Origin: a virus
Virus record (IMG/VR): IMGVR_UViG_3300042691_039521
Span: 1 to 64,000 of that record
Strand: one strand, 5' to 3'
DNA: 64,000 nt
Under the pieces are notes generated by a model that saw only the letters and a program-made list of their open reading frames with translations, did no database searches and was not told the origin of the DNA. A program made the position numbers and the translations under genes. Below are positions 16,767 to 26,560 of the stretch, piece after piece. Within the stretch, counting starts at the first letter, position 1. Each line of letters begins with the position of its first letter.

Positions 16767-17549
16767 TTGATCTTAAAAAATAAGAAGAAATACTCTGAGC
16801 AGGAAAAAGAAATTCTTTGGAATAGATATAGGGAAGATAGAAATAATGTAAAAGTTTTTAATGAACTTTTGGAAGCGTATCTTCCTTTGTTGGAAGTTAT
16901 TGCTTCCAAATCCAAGTCGAATCTTCCTTCTCAGATCGAAATTGGTGATTTGTTGAATGATGGGTTTTTTGGTTTAGTTGACGCTATTGAGCGTTTTGAT
17001 GAAACTAAGGGCTGGAAATTTGAGACGTATGCTTCTAACCGTATTCGTGGAGAAATCAACGATCGTCTTCGTGATTATGATTGGGTTTCTCGTTATTCTC
17101 GTTTGAAGTTTAAGCAGGTTTCTCAAACGGAAACTTTTTTGGTGGAAGAGTTGCAGCGCCAACCGACTTTACAGGATATTGCTGACCGTTTGGGTTGGGA
17201 TGTATCTGAAGTGAGTAAGGTTCAGGCAGCTTTTAATAATTCTTATTCTATCAATATTGATGAGTATATTTCAGATTCAACTCATGAATCATTTTCTTTG
17301 AGCGAGATGATTCCTGATAGTTCTGCCGGTCAGGCTGGTTTTGATCTGGATGTTGATGATTTAACAAAAATTATTGAAAGAAAGATGTTTTCTCTTGCTG
17401 AACATGAATCTATTGTTGTTTTTCTTTATATTTATGAGAATATGACGTTTGAGGAAATTGCTGAGGCCACTGATTCTAAAGCATCGAAGGTTATGAAGAT
17501 TTTCAATGAAGCTATTTCTAGTTTGAGAGAAAATCTTGGGGTTTATTGA
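16767..17549 (+). CDS. RNA polymerase sigma factor, FliA/WhiG (sigma28) family
   Basis: DLLNDGFFGLVDAIERFD..KG.KFETYA..RIRGEIND.LR..DWV.R region 2; region 3 L.RQPT..DIA..LG; region 4 HTH; start at TTG 16767 after AAGGAG. Confidence 0.9.
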   Translation: MILKNKKKYSEQEKEILWNRYREDRNNVKVFNELLEAYLPLLEVIASKSKSNLPSQIEIGDLLNDGFFGLVDAIERFDETKGWKFETYASNRIRGEINDRLRDYDWVSRYSRLKFKQVSQTETFLVEELQRQPTLQDIADRLGWDVSEVSKVQAAFNNSYSINIDEYISDSTHESFSLSEMIPDSSAGQAGFDLDVDDLTKIIERKMFSLAEHESIVVFLYIYENMTFEEIAEATDSKASKVMKIFNEAISSLRENLGVY

Positions 17550-17565
17550 CGATAAATGATCTACA
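17548..17565 (+). promoter_or_regulatory. putative phage-sigma promoter (GACGATAA) upstream of nrdA
   Basis: ACGATA-N7-TACA, variant of shared motif. Confidence 0.5.
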
Positions 17566-17596
17566 CTATTAATATATTTTTAGCAGGGGAGTTGAA

Positions 17597-19447
17597 TTGA
17601 GTATTATCAAAAAAGGTGCTGATCCGGATTATATCAATGATTTTTCGATGGCCTTATTGGATGGATTTTATTTATTAGAAGGAGAAACTTTTGATGACGC
17701 TATAGCTCGGGCGGCTGAGGCGTTTTGTTTCGGAGATTATCAACTTGCTCAAAGAATTTATGAAGCGGCTTGGAACGGTTGGTTCATGTTCGCTAGCCCT
17801 ATTCTAAGTAACGCCCCTAAGGGTTCTTGGTCGATGGATATGACAGAGGCTTGGAAAGAAGGCGGCTTATTGACTAATGGTTTCGTTGGTGAGCACACCA
17901 AAGCTATGCCTATTAGTTGTTTCAGCATGTATATTCCTGACACTATTGATGGTCAGATGGATGCAAATAAGGAACTTGCCGCCCTTTCTGTTGCCGGTGG
18001 CGGTGTAGGTTTGCACAACGGTATTCGTGCTACATCGAATAAGGCACCGGGACCAATTCCATACATGAAAACTATGGATGGTTTGATTGGGTACTATCAG
18101 CAGTCAAAGAATCGCCGTGGTGCTTGTGCTTATTATATGGATGTTTCTCATCCTGATATCATTGAACATATTCGTTTTCGCGTGCCATCTGGTGGGGATT
18201 CTGCTCGTAAGTCAGATAATCGCACACAGTTTCACTCTGCTGTGAACATCACAGAAGATTTCATTCAAGCTGTTTTGGCTGATGAAGATTTTGATCTTGT
18301 ATGTCCTCACACCAAAGAGGTTCGTGAAACCGTTCCTGCTCGTATGATTTGGGAAGAGATTCTTGAAACCCGTGCGTTAACAGGTGAGCCATATCTTTTC
18401 AAGATTGATACAACGAACAAAGCTCTTCCTAAAGCCCAGAAAAAACTTGGCTTAAAAGTTAATGGATCAAATATTTGCAGTGAGATTACTCTTCCCACTA
18501 GCGATGAAAGAACTTTTGTTTGTTGCCTATCTTCCTTGAACCTAGAAAAGTATGATGAGTGGGCTGATACAACCCTAGTTTCTGATTTGATCAGATATCT
18601 AGATAATGTTATTCAATATTTTATCGAACAAGCTCCGGACGCTCTATCTAAGGCCGTGTATTCTGCTGGTCGTGAACGTGCTCTCGGTTTGGGTACGATG
18701 GGCTGGCACTACTATCTTCAATCAAAGGGTATTCCTTTTGAGGGCGGCGGTTTCGGTTCCGCTATTCAGGAAACACACATGATTTTCAAGAAGATCAAAC
18801 AACAAGCCATAGCTGAATCAGAAAAGCTTGCTGTGGAACGGGGAGAAGCTCCCGATATGATCGGTACTGGTCGGCGTAACAGTCACCTTTTAGCTATAGC
18901 CCCAAATGCCAACAATTCTGTTATCGTTGGCACGTCGGCCAGTATCGAACCTGTTTCCGGTAACACGTATGCTCACTCTACTAGAGCGGGAACTTTTGTT
19001 GTGAAGAATCCTTACCTTCAGAGAATCTTTGAGTTTGCTGCTTGGGTCAAATTCTTAGAAGAAGATGAACGAGAGGCTTGGATAGAAGAACAATGGCGTG
19101 ATGTTATAGCTCATGATGGCTCAGTTCAGCATCTTGATTTCTTAACCATTGAGGAAAAAGAAGTATTCAAAACAGCTTTCGAGATTGATCAACATTGGTT
19201 GATCGAACAGGCTGACGCACGCCAGCAGTATGTGTGTCAGTCACAGAGTCTCAACATCTTCTTCCCAGCGGGTGTTGATAGAACATACTTCAACTCTGTT
19301 CATCTAAAAGCTATGACAGCAGAGTATGTTAAAGGTTTATACTATTCAAGAATGAAGAGAGGCGTTAATGCAGACGTTGTTAAAGAGATTGAAAGAAAAG
19401 TTATCGAAGACTGGGCCGGAGAAGACTGCGTGAGTTGCCATGGATAG
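17597..19447 (+). CDS. nrdA: class I ribonucleotide reductase alpha subunit
   Basis: ASPILSN, PISCF, SNICSEI, CCLSSLNL, AIAPNAN..., QSQSLN, LYY, C-terminal CVSC. Confidence 0.95.
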   Translation: MSIIKKGADPDYINDFSMALLDGFYLLEGETFDDAIARAAEAFCFGDYQLAQRIYEAAWNGWFMFASPILSNAPKGSWSMDMTEAWKEGGLLTNGFVGEHTKAMPISCFSMYIPDTIDGQMDANKELAALSVAGGGVGLHNGIRATSNKAPGPIPYMKTMDGLIGYYQQSKNRRGACAYYMDVSHPDIIEHIRFRVPSGGDSARKSDNRTQFHSAVNITEDFIQAVLADEDFDLVCPHTKEVRETVPARMIWEEILETRALTGEPYLFKIDTTNKALPKAQKKLGLKVNGSNICSEITLPTSDERTFVCCLSSLNLEKYDEWADTTLVSDLIRYLDNVIQYFIEQAPDALSKAVYSAGRERALGLGTMGWHYYLQSKGIPFEGGGFGSAIQETHMIFKKIKQQAIAESEKLAVERGEAPDMIGTGRRNSHLLAIAPNANNSVIVGTSASIEPVSGNTYAHSTRAGTFVVKNPYLQRIFEFAAWVKFLEEDEREAWIEEQWRDVIAHDGSVQHLDFLTIEEKEVFKTAFEIDQHWLIEQADARQQYVCQSQSLNIFFPAGVDRTYFNSVHLKAMTAEYVKGLYYSRMKRGVNADVVKEIERKVIEDWAGEDCVSCHG

Positions 19448-19901
19448 GTTAGAGTTGTTTGAAGCTAAAATATCCAAAGGACCTGATTGTTGGATTTGGG
19501 ATGGAGCAAGGTCTGGTAGGTACGGATCATTTCATTTCCCAGAGTATCCATATCCTCGTAAAATGGTTTCAGCACATAAGGCTAGTCTATATCTGTATGA
19601 AGGTATAGCAACCTCTCCAGAACAGAATGTTATGCATTCTTGTGATAATGGATTTTGTGTTAATCCAGATCATTTATCAGTTGGTACAAGATCTGATAAT
19701 ATGAAAGATATGGTTTCTAAGGGTAGACATGTTATTCCAACTCAAAAACTAGATCAGGCAGACGTAATATGCGCCAGACAAATGCGTAGAAGCGGAGTTC
19801 AAGTGAAAGAAATTGCAGAGGTTTTTAATATATCACCATCGCAAATGACTAGATTAACATCTGGGGTTTTGCCTAAATGGACAAGGAATGCATGGGTATG
19901 A
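19440..19901 (+). mobile_element. free-standing HNH homing endonuclease (HNH_3 + C-terminal HTH)
   Basis: CWIWDG, YG, AHK, VMHSCDNGFCVNPDHL..GT..DNM.DM..KGR; inserted between nrdA and nrdB. Confidence 0.88.
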
Positions 19902-20872
19902 GTCTAACTAAATATTCAGAAGTATATACTCCAACATATGTGCAGTTTGTCGAGTTAACTGTCAAGCACGAAAAAGTACACTGGTTCGAATCGGAAGCTA
20001 AACTTGGTGCTGATGTGACACAGTGGAAGAACGGTAAAATCACTGATGAGGAAAAGAATCTTATTTCTAATATTCTTAGACTCTTCACACAATCTGATGT
20101 TTCGGTTGGACAGGGCTACTATGAGAAACTGATTCCGGTCATCAAAAATAATGAGGCCAGAAACATGTTGGGTTCTTTTGCCGCCCGTGAAGCTATCCAT
20201 CAGCGGGCATATGCGCTTCTATCTGATACCCTCGGTTTCGGAGAGGACTTCTATTTCGAGTTTCTTGACTACAAAGAAATGAAAGATAAACACGAATTCA
20301 TGATCGAAGACATAGGTAAGACACAGAAAGACTTTGCTGTTTACCTCGCTAAGCAGACACTTATAGAGGGCGTAACCCTTTTCGCTAGCTTCGCTATGCT
20401 ACTGAACTTTGATCGCTTAGGGAAGCTTCCAGGCATGTGTGACGTGGTTCGCTGGTCAATGGTAGACGAGTCAATTCACATTGAAGGCAACTGTGCCTTA
20501 TTCAGAGAGTTTTTAGAAGAACACCCTAATATTGTTGACGATGATTTCAAAAAAGAGATATATGAAACAGCAAGAAAACTTGTAAAACTAGAAGACTCCT
20601 TTATTGATAGGGCTTTTAAGCTCGGTGGCGTCGATAACTTAGATAAGGAAGACATTAAAAAATATGTGAGATATGTTGCTGATTATCGACTGAATCAATT
20701 AGGCTTTAAAAAGAATTGGCACGTTAAGACAAACCCACTAGATTGGATTGATGGACTTATGGGAACAACACACGGAAACTTCTTTGAACGCTCTATTTCC
20801 GAGTATCAGAAAGCTAATTTGGATGGATCATTTTTAGAAGCCTATGGAATGTATGTGAAAGAAAATGCCTAG
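19898..20872 (+). CDS. nrdB: class I ribonucleotide reductase beta subunit
   Basis: HW..E, FTQSD, EAIHQRAY, EGVTLFASF, DESIH, NFFE; start trimmed to ATGA-coupled ATG 19898. Confidence 0.95.
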   Translation: MSLTKYSEVYTPTYVQFVELTVKHEKVHWFESEAKLGADVTQWKNGKITDEEKNLISNILRLFTQSDVSVGQGYYEKLIPVIKNNEARNMLGSFAAREAIHQRAYALLSDTLGFGEDFYFEFLDYKEMKDKHEFMIEDIGKTQKDFAVYLAKQTLIEGVTLFASFAMLLNFDRLGKLPGMCDVVRWSMVDESIHIEGNCALFREFLEEHPNIVDDDFKKEIYETARKLVKLEDSFIDRAFKLGGVDNLDKEDIKKYVRYVADYRLNQLGFKKNWHVKTNPLDWIDGLMGTTHGNFFERSISEYQKANLDGSFLEAYGMYVKENA

Positions 20873-21227
20873 AGAATATTCACCCTTTCTATCTGAGTTA
20901 CAACCAACGGAAAAGACAACCGGTAAAAGAACTTATGATCCAAAACAAATCTATCAATATCTATTTGACAATACGGACAGATATGGTATAATTATATATA
21001 CGCAAGCAGAGCTAGCGGAAGCCATTAAGATAAGATATGAAACTATGAATTATATTATAAGTGATTTTATATCTGTTGGCTTTATAGAAAAAGTTAATAA
21101 AAAAACCTTTAGAATTTTACAACATCCTGATAAAATTGAATGGACAGAAGAACTGTACAAGAGATTATCTGAATTGCGTAAAACACATCAAACATATTAT
21201 AGAAGAAAAAACAAACAAGGAGAATAA
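20865..21227 (+). CDS. winged helix-turn-helix DNA-binding protein
   Basis: TQAELAEAIKIRYETMNYIISDFISVGFIEK. Confidence 0.65.
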   Translation: MPREYSPFLSELQPTEKTTGKRTYDPKQIYQYLFDNTDRYGIIIYTQAELAEAIKIRYETMNYIISDFISVGFIEKVNKKTFRILQHPDKIEWTEELYKRLSELRKTHQTYYRRKNKQGE

Positions 21228-21229
21228 AT

Positions 21230-21535
21230 ATGACAGAAGCACTTAATGCGGTAGCCTCTTGGCTTCCTATTGTAGCATTCTTTCTGCCACTAATTGTTGG
21301 GTTGGTTTCAAAATCAACACTATCATCTTCTGGTAAGGCTGTAGTCATGCTCGTGCTTACGGGTGTTGCTGCATTAGCTAGCCAGGTAGATACTAATTCA
21401 GGTATCTTGACTCTAGAGATGGCAACAACATGGATTGGTACAATGATTGTTACCGTAGCCTCATACTATGGCGTATGGAACCCACTCGGGGCTGGCAACA
21501 TTGCCCCAGAAGTAGGTATTGGTCCTTCATCTTGA
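21230..21535 (+). CDS. putative holin (3 TM)
   Basis: Three hydrophobic helices, LP..VG.V, ASYYGVW.P.G pattern seen in actinophage holin-like proteins. Confidence 0.55.
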   Translation: MTEALNAVASWLPIVAFFLPLIVGLVSKSTLSSSGKAVVMLVLTGVAALASQVDTNSGILTLEMATTWIGTMIVTVASYYGVWNPLGAGNIAPEVGIGPSS

Positions 21536-21545
21536 GGAAAGGAGG

Positions 21546-21571
21546 TAAGGGGGTGAAAAGCCCCCTTATTT
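21546..21571 (+). terminator. intrinsic terminator
   Basis: TAAGGGGG...CCCCCTTA hairpin followed by TTT. Confidence 0.65.
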
Positions 21572-21575
21572 CTAT

Positions 21576-21908
21576 TTGGATGCTAAAATAGTTCTAACAA
21601 AAGCAATAGACTCTATGACTGAAGCCCTTGATTCAATAGGGCTTTATGTGATTGACTGCAATATGCTCATTCAGAGTACAAAACACTATTCAAATCTTGA
21701 GGATCTGAAAAGTGATGTATTAAACAAACAAGCTTCTATTATTCTAGATGTTGATTGCTTCATGGGAAATGCCGCTTGGAGACAGGACGCTCCCTTTATG
21801 CCAGAAATTTTAAATCCAACAGATTTTCTTAATGAAGTTATGTCTATAGATATTGGTGACATAGCTTCGATTTTGAAAGAAAAGAAAAATGAAACCTTCG
21901 ACGGCTAA
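21576..21908 (+). CDS. hypothetical protein
   Basis: ORF track. Confidence 0.6.
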   Translation: MDAKIVLTKAIDSMTEALDSIGLYVIDCNMLIQSTKHYSNLEDLKSDVLNKQASIILDVDCFMGNAAWRQDAPFMPEILNPTDFLNEVMSIDIGDIASILKEKKNETFDG

Positions 21909-22257
21909 AACTAAGGGCGCAAAAACTGAAGCAGATTTTGTTGACTGGATCAAATTACGTGGTGTTCCAAATGCTGAACGCAGACATTTATCTGGTCAGT
22001 ACGATAAAGGTGACGTTGCTGGTTGGGTTAAGGGAAATGGTGAAAAAAGTGTTTGTGTTGAAGTTAAATCAGGTGGTTCTCTGAAGATTCCTGCTTGGAT
22101 AAAGGAGCTTGACGCAGAGGTAAAAAATGCACAGGCTGATATTGGTTTCATTGCAATTCGTCCTAGTGGAAAACCAAAGGTTGAAGACTGGTGGGCTGTT
22201 CTCCCAATTCCGGAAATGATGCGCCTTCTTGAAGAAGCAGGATATATTCCAACATGA
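21889..22257 (+). CDS. Holliday junction resolvase (PD-(D/E)XK type)
   Basis: K.KG...E, AERR.L.G..DKGDV.G, VEVK, W..EL..E..NA motifs. Confidence 0.8.
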   Translation: MKPSTAKTKGAKTEADFVDWIKLRGVPNAERRHLSGQYDKGDVAGWVKGNGEKSVCVEVKSGGSLKIPAWIKELDAEVKNAQADIGFIAIRPSGKPKVEDWWAVLPIPEMMRLLEEAGYIPT

Positions 22258-22952
22258 AGATTGTTGTTGGCTGTCCCACCAGAAATAGAACATGGATTCT
22301 AGAAAAATGGCGCGACCATGTAGAGTTAGCAACCCCAGGTAATTGGGATTTAGAGTACTTATTTGTTGTTGGCGATAATGATCGTGAAACTATAGAGATG
22401 CTCTCTTCTTGGAAGAGAGCAAATATTATCTATGTTGAAGAACAAGATCCAGGCATGAAGCGAACTTGGAATTCTAGTCGATATGATCACATGGTTTTTT
22501 TGAGAAACACTCTTTTGGATTCGGTGCGACACATTAATCCAGATCTTTTTCTCAGCCTTGATTCGGATATTCTACTTGGACAAAACACTCTAAGAGAGAT
22601 GTACGAAACTGCTGTAGAGTATGAATTTGACGCTGTAGGCGGCTTGACTTGGTTGGACCCAATCGACCCTAAGTGTACAAATATTGCTTCTTGGGTTGGT
22701 TCAGATATGAAAGGCTTTAAGAGGGTTATCTCTAGGGGACATCATAAAGTTGATATCATAATGGCTATAAAACTGATGCTACCTTCAGCATATAATGTAG
22801 AGTATGCTTATCATAGAATGGGTGAAGATCTGGGTTGGAGTAAGAATATGTTTTTGAATCAAAAACGCATTGGAATGGATGGAAGAACTCCAAGTAAACA
22901 CATTATGAAACCCGAGTATTTGAATATGATTGATAAAAGGCTTTCTTGGTGA
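22254..22952 (+). CDS. GT2/GT-A-like glycosyltransferase
   Basis: VGCP..NR, LRN.LL, FLSLDSDI (DxD), GED.G. Confidence 0.75.
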   Translation: MKIVVGCPTRNRTWILEKWRDHVELATPGNWDLEYLFVVGDNDRETIEMLSSWKRANIIYVEEQDPGMKRTWNSSRYDHMVFLRNTLLDSVRHINPDLFLSLDSDILLGQNTLREMYETAVEYEFDAVGGLTWLDPIDPKCTNIASWVGSDMKGFKRVISRGHHKVDIIMAIKLMLPSAYNVEYAYHRMGEDLGWSKNMFLNQKRIGMDGRTPSKHIMKPEYLNMIDKRLSW

Positions 22953-23701
22953 AATTATTCTTGATGTTAGTGACCAAAAATGAATCATCAAGATATCTTC
23001 AAAAGTTTATAGAACACCACAACTTCTTTGATGATGTTTTCGTCTACGACGATAGATCGGATGATCAAACAGTTGAACTCGCTCGCTCAGCGGGCTGGAG
23101 GGTTGTGATTAGGCAAGAAGATGAACCCTCCTTTATGGAGCACGAAGGAAAGTTTAGATTTAATTCGTGGAAAAGCTTTGAAGAAAATATGCATCCCGAA
23201 TATGGCGACTGGATACTTTCAATAGATGCAGATGAATTTATTATCACAGAATCTGATTTAACAATTAAAGAAAATATACTAGAAGAAATAAAGAAAGCCG
23301 AAGATGCTAATCATCATTTAATTAGAATTCTCCGACGAGAAATTTGGAAAATGGATGAAACAGGTTGCTTCTTAAGGGTTGACGGATTCTGGAAAAATGA
23401 TATAATATATAGATTGTTTAAATACAAAGAAAATGGAACCTGGAGTAAAAAGCCCATGGGCTGTGGATCTGCTCCAACATATGTGGGAATGAATGGACGG
23501 CTTAGCCAGAATCTTTTTGTGCTTCATTTTGGTTATACTAATTCGGATGATAGACAAACTAGATATGATAGATATATTTCACTTCCAGATCATGGGCATA
23601 ACGATCAACACATTAAATCAATCATAAAGAATCCGGTGCTAAAGAAGTATTCAGGACCTAAACCGGAATGGGTAGATAGGGAGATAAGTGAAGCAGTATA
23701 G
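22946..23701 (+). CDS. GT2-family glycosyltransferase
   Basis: VTKNE..YL, VYDDRSDDQT, WILSIDADEF, LHFGY. Confidence 0.8.
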   Translation: MVKLFLMLVTKNESSRYLQKFIEHHNFFDDVFVYDDRSDDQTVELARSAGWRVVIRQEDEPSFMEHEGKFRFNSWKSFEENMHPEYGDWILSIDADEFIITESDLTIKENILEEIKKAEDANHHLIRILRREIWKMDETGCFLRVDGFWKNDIIYRLFKYKENGTWSKKPMGCGSAPTYVGMNGRLSQNLFVLHFGYTNSDDRQTRYDRYISLPDHGHNDQHIKSIIKNPVLKKYSGPKPEWVDREISEAV

Positions 23702-24500
23702 CTTTAAACAACTTGGTGATGTAGGTAGATTGGGTAATCAGCTATTCCAAATAGCTTGGACATATGCACAAGCTAAGGCTCATGGTGGAGATGTCTGTAT
23801 TATTCCTAATTGGGATTATAAGCCATTCTTTAGAATTCCAGAAGAATTCTATAGGGAAGCTGGACCAAGATCTATAGATGGAGGAAGAGAGTTTTACCAA
23901 GATTTAGATTATTGGAATGGATATCATCAAGATATATGGCATATGTTTCAACCTTCTAATGAAGCAATGGATAGAGTTATAGACTCTTTTGGTCTTGATC
24001 TATTCTCAACATTTGATGGAGCATGTTCTGTGCATTATCGACGCGGCGATTATCTAAACAACCCAAATCATTTCCCCACCTTACCAGATTCATATTATGA
24101 ATCTGCAATGAAAAAGGTCTTAGAAAAAAGGGAAGATACAATATTTTGGGTATTTTCTGATGGTATACCTTTTGTGCGAAATGCTCACTTACAATCTGAT
24201 TTTACAAAATCATTACTTGAGAATGATCAGATTATGTACTATCAAGGAGTCGTAACGCCAATACCCCCAAGTCAGAGAACCAGTGAGCCTTTAGACTGGA
24301 TAGATATGTTTGCCATGTCGTTTTGTAAGGATCACATAATAGCCAACTCCACATTTTCGTGGTGGTCAGCTTTTCTTTCTGGCCCAGGAGAAACTTTTTT
24401 CCCATCCAAATGGTTTGGGACCCACCCGGCAGTAAGAGATATACCATGGAGAAAAATGATACCAGAAGAATGGAGTGAATGTAATGTTGATGGACTTTAA
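23688..24500 (+). CDS. GT11-family (alpha-1,2-fucosyltransferase-like) glycosyltransferase
   Basis: GRLGNQLFQ, HYRRGDY, FSD, HIIANSTFSWWSAFL. Confidence 0.9.
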   Translation: MKQYSFKQLGDVGRLGNQLFQIAWTYAQAKAHGGDVCIIPNWDYKPFFRIPEEFYREAGPRSIDGGREFYQDLDYWNGYHQDIWHMFQPSNEAMDRVIDSFGLDLFSTFDGACSVHYRRGDYLNNPNHFPTLPDSYYESAMKKVLEKREDTIFWVFSDGIPFVRNAHLQSDFTKSLLENDQIMYYQGVVTPIPPSQRTSEPLDWIDMFAMSFCKDHIIANSTFSWWSAFLSGPGETFFPSKWFGTHPAVRDIPWRKMIPEEWSECNVDGL

Positions 24501-25119
24501 TCAAGTTTATAAAAAATACAAGTTGCAAATAAATGGGGTACTACATGTTGGCGCACATTATGCCGAGGAAGCCAAGTTATATTCAGACCATAAAACTGGT
24601 CCAGTATGGTGGATAGAAGCTAATCCCGAGGTCCAGAGCCTCATTAAGAATAACCTTAGAGGTTTTCCTAACCAAACATTAATTGAAGCTTTAGTTTTTT
24701 CTGAGGATGGGATAGAGAAGAATTTTAATGTTACAAACTATGGTGGAATGTCATCTTCTATATACGAGTTTGGAACACATACGTCCTTTAGTCCAGATAT
24801 TCATTTTGAAAAGACTCTAAAATTGAAGACTAAAACTATTGATTCTATATGGAAAGAAAATAAGATAGAAGCAAACTTTATGAACATGGATCTACAAGGA
24901 GCAGAGGGGCCAGCCTTGCGAGGGGCTGTAGATTCTATTCCAAAACTTGACTACGTAATGACAGAGGTAAACAAAGCAGAAGTATACGTAGGTTGTACTC
25001 AGATCGGTGAAATAGACGAGATTCTATCTGATTTTAAACGGGTTGAAACATTCTGGGTTGGGAACCAAGGTTGGGGTGACGCTCTTTATATACGCAAAAC
25101 ACTATTGGGAGGCAAATAA
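24475..25119 (+). CDS. FkbM-family methyltransferase
   Basis: LHVGAH..EE, IEANP, SSSI, MDLQGAE, TEV, WGDALY. Confidence 0.85.
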   Translation: MNVMLMDFNQVYKKYKLQINGVLHVGAHYAEEAKLYSDHKTGPVWWIEANPEVQSLIKNNLRGFPNQTLIEALVFSEDGIEKNFNVTNYGGMSSSIYEFGTHTSFSPDIHFEKTLKLKTKTIDSIWKENKIEANFMNMDLQGAEGPALRGAVDSIPKLDYVMTEVNKAEVYVGCTQIGEIDEILSDFKRVETFWVGNQGWGDALYIRKTLLGGK

Positions 25120-25862
25120 TGATGACAGATATTCACGTTTTGATTCCTTCGTACAACTGCTTGGAATGGATCGAAAGATGCCTAGACTCACTCTATAGTC
25201 AAACCACGCAGCCAGTGAAAGTTTTGGTTATAGACGATGCTTCAACAGAAGAGGGGTATGCGGAAAAGGCTCTAGAGGAATGTCAGAAACATGGGTATAT
25301 GTATCTACGCAATGATGTGAATGAAAAGTGTCCATATAACCTTTGGCTCGGAGCTAAGATTCTGAATCCTAATCCAGATGATGTTATTTTTCTTTTAGAT
25401 GGAGATGATTTTCTCCCTCACGAAAATGTGCTATCTCGGATTCAAGAAGTATATCAAGATCCAGATGTTTGGATGACATATGGAAATTATGTTCCATATC
25501 CAAAGAATACAGGGCAAACCCTAGCCTCAGCTTATCCTCCAAAAATTATTAAGAATAGAGATTTTCGTACAGGGGGTAACCATTTTAATCATCCAATTAC
25601 TTTCCGTAGATTCTTATTTGATGAGATTACAGAAGAAGATTTAAAAACAAATGATGGAAGATGGTTTCGTGGCGGCTATGATTATGCTATTATTGTGCCA
25701 ATGTTAGAAATGGCAACTGGCGAGCACTATAGATTCTTAAACGAAGTTCTCTATAGCTATAATGCTGTTAACCCAATTTCTGATTCGAAAGTAAATATTG
25801 ACTTAATTCATGAGACAAATCAACTAGTTAATCGGCCAAAAAGAGAGGTTCTTAATAGATGA
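25119..25862 (+). CDS. GT2-family glycosyltransferase
   Basis: IPSYN...IERCLDS, VIDDAST, LLDGDDFL. Confidence 0.85.
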   Translation: MMTDIHVLIPSYNCLEWIERCLDSLYSQTTQPVKVLVIDDASTEEGYAEKALEECQKHGYMYLRNDVNEKCPYNLWLGAKILNPNPDDVIFLLDGDDFLPHENVLSRIQEVYQDPDVWMTYGNYVPYPKNTGQTLASAYPPKIIKNRDFRTGGNHFNHPITFRRFLFDEITEEDLKTNDGRWFRGGYDYAIIVPMLEMATGEHYRFLNEVLYSYNAVNPISDSKVNIDLIHETNQLVNRPKREVLNR

Positions 25863-26560
25863 ATTTATTCAAGGATTCCGTTGAGAAGTTTCCTAATTAT
25901 AATTCACAGCACGGTGAAGATAAAATTATTGCAGGTATATTTGATCGTATAGGCGAGGGACAAAAAAGATGTATGGAATTTGGTGCTGCAGATGGAGTAT
26001 TTTGTTCTAACACCTATCCTCTATGGCATATGCGTGGATGGTCTGCTACCTTGATTGAGTCAGATGAAGCACTATTTAGTCAGTTGAAAGATAGGGTTGA
26101 CGGTAATGATAAAATTGAAATCATTAATGCCGAGGTGAATAACGTTGATGATTTTGTAGATTATGAATTAGATTTATTATCTATTGATGTTGACGGCGAA
26201 GACTATGACATATGGGATGCTACAACAATTCGTCACAGAGTTGTTGTGATAGAGCACAACCCCACGTTCCCACTACATGTTTGGTATCATGGCGGAAGAT
26301 GGCAGGGTTGCTCTGCTAGGTCTTTGCATCACTTAGCTGTTTCAAAGGGTTATAGATTAGTATCTGCAACCAAGACTAATCTAATCTTCGTAAGAGAAGA
26401 GGAAGCTTCTTTTATGAATGAGTTCGATGATACACTTGAAGCGAATTTTGATGACAGTCAATTAAATTACGTTATTACAGATTATCAAGGAAATTTTGAT
26501 GTAGTTGGAGAGCTTCCTTACGGGATGATTCACAGAGAAAAGATGGGGTTTCATGTCTGA
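25859..26560 (+). CDS. FkbM-like SAM-dependent methyltransferase
   Basis: SQHGED, EFGAADG..SNT, LLSIDVDGEDY, VIEHN. Confidence 0.75.
   Translation: MNLFKDSVEKFPNYNSQHGEDKIIAGIFDRIGEGQKRCMEFGAADGVFCSNTYPLWHMRGWSATLIESDEALFSQLKDRVDGNDKIEIINAEVNNVDDFVDYELDLLSIDVDGEDYDIWDATTIRHRVVVIEHNPTFPLHVWYHGGRWQGCSARSLHHLAVSKGYRLVSATKTNLIFVREEEASFMNEFDDTLEANFDDSQLNYVITDYQGNFDVVGELPYGMIHREKMGFHV

Noticed and set aside
19877-19901. DKECMG upstream extension of nrdB as a vestige of the nrdA C-terminus (target duplication)
   Set aside because: Similarity too short to distinguish from chance
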